This document shows, one piece after another, positions 61,046 to 64,000 of a stretch of DNA of 64,000 bases. The DNA is from Dehalococcoidia bacterium (lineage in GTDB: Bacteria > Chloroflexota > Dehalococcoidia > Lucifugimonadales > JAGWBF01). The notes under the pieces are model-generated. The model ran no database searches. It had not been told where the DNA came from and saw nothing but the letters and a program-made list of their open reading frames with translations. The stretch lies in assembly GCA_965116325.1 (NCBI GenBank), contig OZ220675.1:833536-897535 (forward strand), given 5' to 3'. Numbering within the stretch: position 1 is the stretch's first letter; each line of letters starts with the position of its first letter. A program made the position numbers and the translations under genes.

Positions 61046-63820
61046 TTGATATCCAACCTACGTACTGCCAGGTTCCTCCAGGAACGTTCGGTCCTTGTCG
61101 TCTCGGTCCTGATGGGCATCACCCTGCTGCTCATCATCCCCATGCTGACCATGTCCACCAGCGAGATCCCGTCCCTGGACCCGCCGGGAGAGGTGATCGA
61201 CCTGGGAGATACCATCGACCAGCGCTTCGCCTTTCCGTTCCACGCCAACGCCTTCATAGCCGAGTCCCGGGACGGTGACATGCTGACCCAGGCCGCCCTC
61301 TGGGAGCTGTACCGGAACGAGGGCAGGCTGCGCGCGATGGACCGGGAAGGTCGCCTGAATCCCGAAGGGCTTCCCAGCCAGCCCTACCTGTACCAGGGTT
61401 TCGACACCTTCGCCGGCCGCTCCTTCACGGGCGTGATCACCATAGCCGACGCTGTGCACGCCGTCATGGCCGAATCACCTTTCTTTGACTCGAACCTGGA
61501 GGATGCCACCGATGAAGAGGTGAAGCTGGCCATCCATTTCCTGCTCCAGGACCCAATTACCAGCGGGCTCCGCGACACTTTTTCTGCCGAGGCTGCCAGC
61601 CGGACCATCATCGTCAATGGCGTGTCCATCGAAGCATGGTACTCGCCGGCGCTGATCATGAACGTGATAGCGGACAACGACAAGCTGGGAGGTGGGCCCT
61701 CCCGCACCGCCCTGGATGTCAGCGATGCCGTCCTGCACAAGGAAGAGTTCGACCGAAACGTCCAATCAGTGCTGCGGGGCGAACAGATCAGCTACCTGCT
61801 TTGGGGGATAGCTATTGACCAGAACCTGGAAGCCGAGGAGGAAGGCTCCACCTCCGGCATCTACATCATGTTCACCATGATGGCGGTGCTGGCGGTTGTG
61901 GGCCTGACCTTGAGGTCCTACTGGGCGCTGGTTCTGACCGGGGCAGGACTGGGGATCCTGATGATCTGGCTCCGGGGCTTGTCCAACCTGGTGGGACTAA
62001 AGGGCGGAAGCCTCATTGAGCTGCTGGTGCCCATAGCCATGATCTCCCTGGGAGTGGATTTCGCCGTCCATGCCCTGATGCGATACCGGGAGGAGCGGGG
62101 CAACGGCCATGCGCCTGGGTTGGCCATCCGGATCGGCTTCGCCGGTGTGCTGGGAGCGCTGCTGCTGGCGATGATGAGTGACAGCATAGCCTTCCTGTCC
62201 AACCTGTCTGCAGGCATCGAGGCGGTCATCCACTTCGGCAGCGCCGCCGGGATTGCGGTTGCCTCATCCTTCCTGGTGCTGGGAATAGGTGTGCCCCTGG
62301 TCTTGTCCTGGATCGACGTTTCCTCTCCCACCCGCCGATTCCTGCCGGGAACGGCAGGTTCCGTCTTCTGGCTGCTGGCCGGGGCCGGCTCGGCAGTCCT
62401 TTTCGCCACAAGCATCATCCTGATGGTCGCTGTCAGCCAGTGGATCGGCCTGGCTATCCTCACGGGCGCCATCCTGGGCGTGGTGGTAGCGCCAGCCCTT
62501 CTGCTTCGACGAATTAGACAGCCAGAGCCACAAGAAGTGGACCACCCCTGGAACAGTCCCTTCACACAGGCAGCAGATCGCTGGGTGTCCACGATTGTCA
62601 CCACCCTGGCCCACATGAAATACCTGGTCATTCTCGTTGCCCTGGCGGCCACCATCATGGCCGGCATCCTGGCGTTCCGGTTGGAGCCCCGGTTCGATGT
62701 GAAGGACTTCTTCGACAGCAGCTCGGACCTGGTCATAAGCTTGGACAAGCTGGACCAGCACGTTGGGGAGCTGGGAGGGGAGCCAGCGACCCTGTACATC
62801 GAGGGCGACTTGGCCGATCCCGGGGCTGTGGCAGCAATGGACAGATTTGTGGCCGGCCTATCCGACAATCCCTACATCTCCAAAGACACGGAAGGCCAGG
62901 CCGAGTTATGGGAATTCAACCTGTTGCACATCCTTCGCTACGTAATGTCAAACACTTACGCCCTCGGGCAAGTCGAAAGCGCAGCCGGGATGGCTGTCAC
63001 AGACACGGACGGGGACGGCTACCCCGACTCCAGGAAGCAATTGCGGGCCATATACGACTACGTAGAGGCCAATGGTGTACCCCAAGACCAAGACACCCTG
63101 ATCTACGGCTCAGATCTGGTCAAGGGGATTCTCTCCCTCAAGCCGAACGAGGACAACATCGCAACCCTGATGACCACGGGAATCCCCGGTTCCCGGGAGC
63201 AGACAATCGTCGCAAAGGCGCGAGCCTCCCTGGGAGAAGACCTGGCGTTGCTGCAACAGGAGGACGCCATCCTGCGTGCGGGGCTGACCGGCTCACCCTT
63301 TGTCCGGGAAGCCCAGCTCGATGCAGCAACCCGCACCATCCAGCGCTCCCTGCCCATCGCCGCCGTGGGCGCACTTGTTCTGCTGCTGATCGCCATGCGG
63401 TCGGTACGCTACGCAGTTATAACGGTCATACCCATAGGCTTGGTCATCGTTTGGCTATACGCGCTGATGCACTTGGTGGGCTTCAGTCTGAACTTCGTGA
63501 CAGCCACCATCGGGGCGGTATCCCTGGGAGTGGGGATCGACTACTCCATCCACCTGACCCAGAGATTCAGGGAAGAGATGGTGTCTGCCCAGAGCAAGAT
63601 GGAGGCCCTGCGCAGGTCTGCCGGGGGCACAGGTGTCGCCCTGCTGATCTCCGCTTCATCCAGCATGGTGGGATTTACGATCATGGGCTTGGCGCCCTTC
63701 CCGCTGATCTCGACCTACGGATTCCTGACGGCTTCCATGATCGGGCTGGCCCTGATGGCATCCCTGGTCGTTCTGCCATCGTTGCTGATGCTGGTTACGA
63801 GGGATAAAGCGCCCCAATAA
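61046..63820 (+). CDS. MMPL/RND-superfamily transporter
   Basis: Two blocks of about 6 TM helices, each after a large soluble loop. SSD-like blocks (IAMISLGVDFAVH, GAVSLGVGIDYSIHL). TTG start. Confidence 0.88.
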   Translation: MISNLRTARFLQERSVLVVSVLMGITLLLIIPMLTMSTSEIPSLDPPGEVIDLGDTIDQRFAFPFHANAFIAESRDGDMLTQAALWELYRNEGRLRAMDREGRLNPEGLPSQPYLYQGFDTFAGRSFTGVITIADAVHAVMAESPFFDSNLEDATDEEVKLAIHFLLQDPITSGLRDTFSAEAASRTIIVNGVSIEAWYSPALIMNVIADNDKLGGGPSRTALDVSDAVLHKEEFDRNVQSVLRGEQISYLLWGIAIDQNLEAEEEGSTSGIYIMFTMMAVLAVVGLTLRSYWALVLTGAGLGILMIWLRGLSNLVGLKGGSLIELLVPIAMISLGVDFAVHALMRYREERGNGHAPGLAIRIGFAGVLGALLLAMMSDSIAFLSNLSAGIEAVIHFGSAAGIAVASSFLVLGIGVPLVLSWIDVSSPTRRFLPGTAGSVFWLLAGAGSAVLFATSIILMVAVSQWIGLAILTGAILGVVVAPALLLRRIRQPEPQEVDHPWNSPFTQAADRWVSTIVTTLAHMKYLVILVALAATIMAGILAFRLEPRFDVKDFFDSSSDLVISLDKLDQHVGELGGEPATLYIEGDLADPGAVAAMDRFVAGLSDNPYISKDTEGQAELWEFNLLHILRYVMSNTYALGQVESAAGMAVTDTDGDGYPDSRKQLRAIYDYVEANGVPQDQDTLIYGSDLVKGILSLKPNEDNIATLMTTGIPGSREQTIVAKARASLGEDLALLQQEDAILRAGLTGSPFVREAQLDAATRTIQRSLPIAAVGALVLLLIAMRSVRYAVITVIPIGLVIVWLYALMHLVGFSLNFVTATIGAVSLGVGIDYSIHLTQRFREEMVSAQSKMEALRRSAGGTGVALLISASSSMVGFTIMGLAPFPLISTYGFLTASMIGLALMASLVVLPSLLMLVTRDKAPQ

Positions 63821-63823
63821 TCT

Positions 63824-64000
63824 CTACTGGGACGACTGGCAGCGGGAGCACACCCCGGTAACAGTGAAGTTGTCGAGGTCGGGTTCGAAGCCGAACTCTT
63901 CCACCAAGGTCCGCTGAAACTCCTCCAGGTAGTGGGGGCTGAGGTTGAAGGCCCCGGCGCATACCCGGCACACCATGTGGTTGTGCTTGCCGTTGGGGTC
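63824..64000 (-). CDS. Fur-family transcriptional regulator (C-terminal 58 codons; 5' end outside window)
   Basis: Reverse-strand translation DPNGKHNHMVCRVCAGAFNL...FTVTGVCSRCQSSQ* shows the Fur HHxxC-x2-C ... C-x2-C metal-site pattern. Not in the ORF track because it is truncated. Confidence 0.6.
   Translation of the reverse strand, partial: DPNGKHNHMVCRVCAGAFNLSPHYLEEFQRTLVEEFGFEPDLDNFTVTGVCSRCQSSQ

Overview
High-GC (about 60% by spot counts) bacterial chromosomal segment. It probably comes from a Chloroflexota-type genome. That is an inference from the look of the 16S sequence, the unlinked 16S gene, and gene content rich in CaiB, LLM, SnoaL and DinB families; I cannot verify it without a database search. 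I can support about 65 protein genes, one complete 16S rRNA gene (minus strand, about 17011-18526) and two tRNAs (Leu-CAA minus, Arg-TCT plus). No 23S, 5S or spacer tRNA is present in the window. Housekeeping genes include recA-recX, rny-ymdB, leuB, nadE, plsY, apt and ggt. The main metabolic feature is an eight-gene minus-strand cluster (39.8-49.4 kb) whose family composition matches the N-methylglutamate pathway of methylamine use. Other metabolic genes are otsA/otsB, an amidase with a GatC-like mini-subunit, two aldolases, a divergent PEP-carboxykinase-like protein and a DsrE/F/H-like triad. Three visibly AT-richer islands carry the accessory content: 1-2.1 kb (SWIM zinc-finger protein plus an unknown), 12.9-16.0 kb (J-domain/membrane/repeat protein, phosphatase-like protein, unknown) and 28.4-31.6 kb (single-chain restriction-modification-like enzyme divergent from recA). 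Four structures look most unusual. (1) A DUF433/PIN-like toxin-antitoxin pair lies inside the 16S trailer, bracketed by 77-bp direct repeats that duplicate the 3' half of the pre-16S processing helix. (2) An in-frame TGA splits a J-domain/TM/3x-repeat gene in the middle of what looks like one protein. (3) A dual-specificity-phosphatase-like protein has Asp in place of the CX5R cysteine. (4) A family of modular palindromic intergenic repeats includes a 19-20-bp tandem array just upstream of the methylamine operon. No single complete, clearly novel multi-gene system can be demonstrated from sequence alone; the 12.9-16.0 kb island and the rRNA-embedded TA cassette are the best candidates. All protein family calls come from motif recognition by eye, with no HMM or BLAST run.
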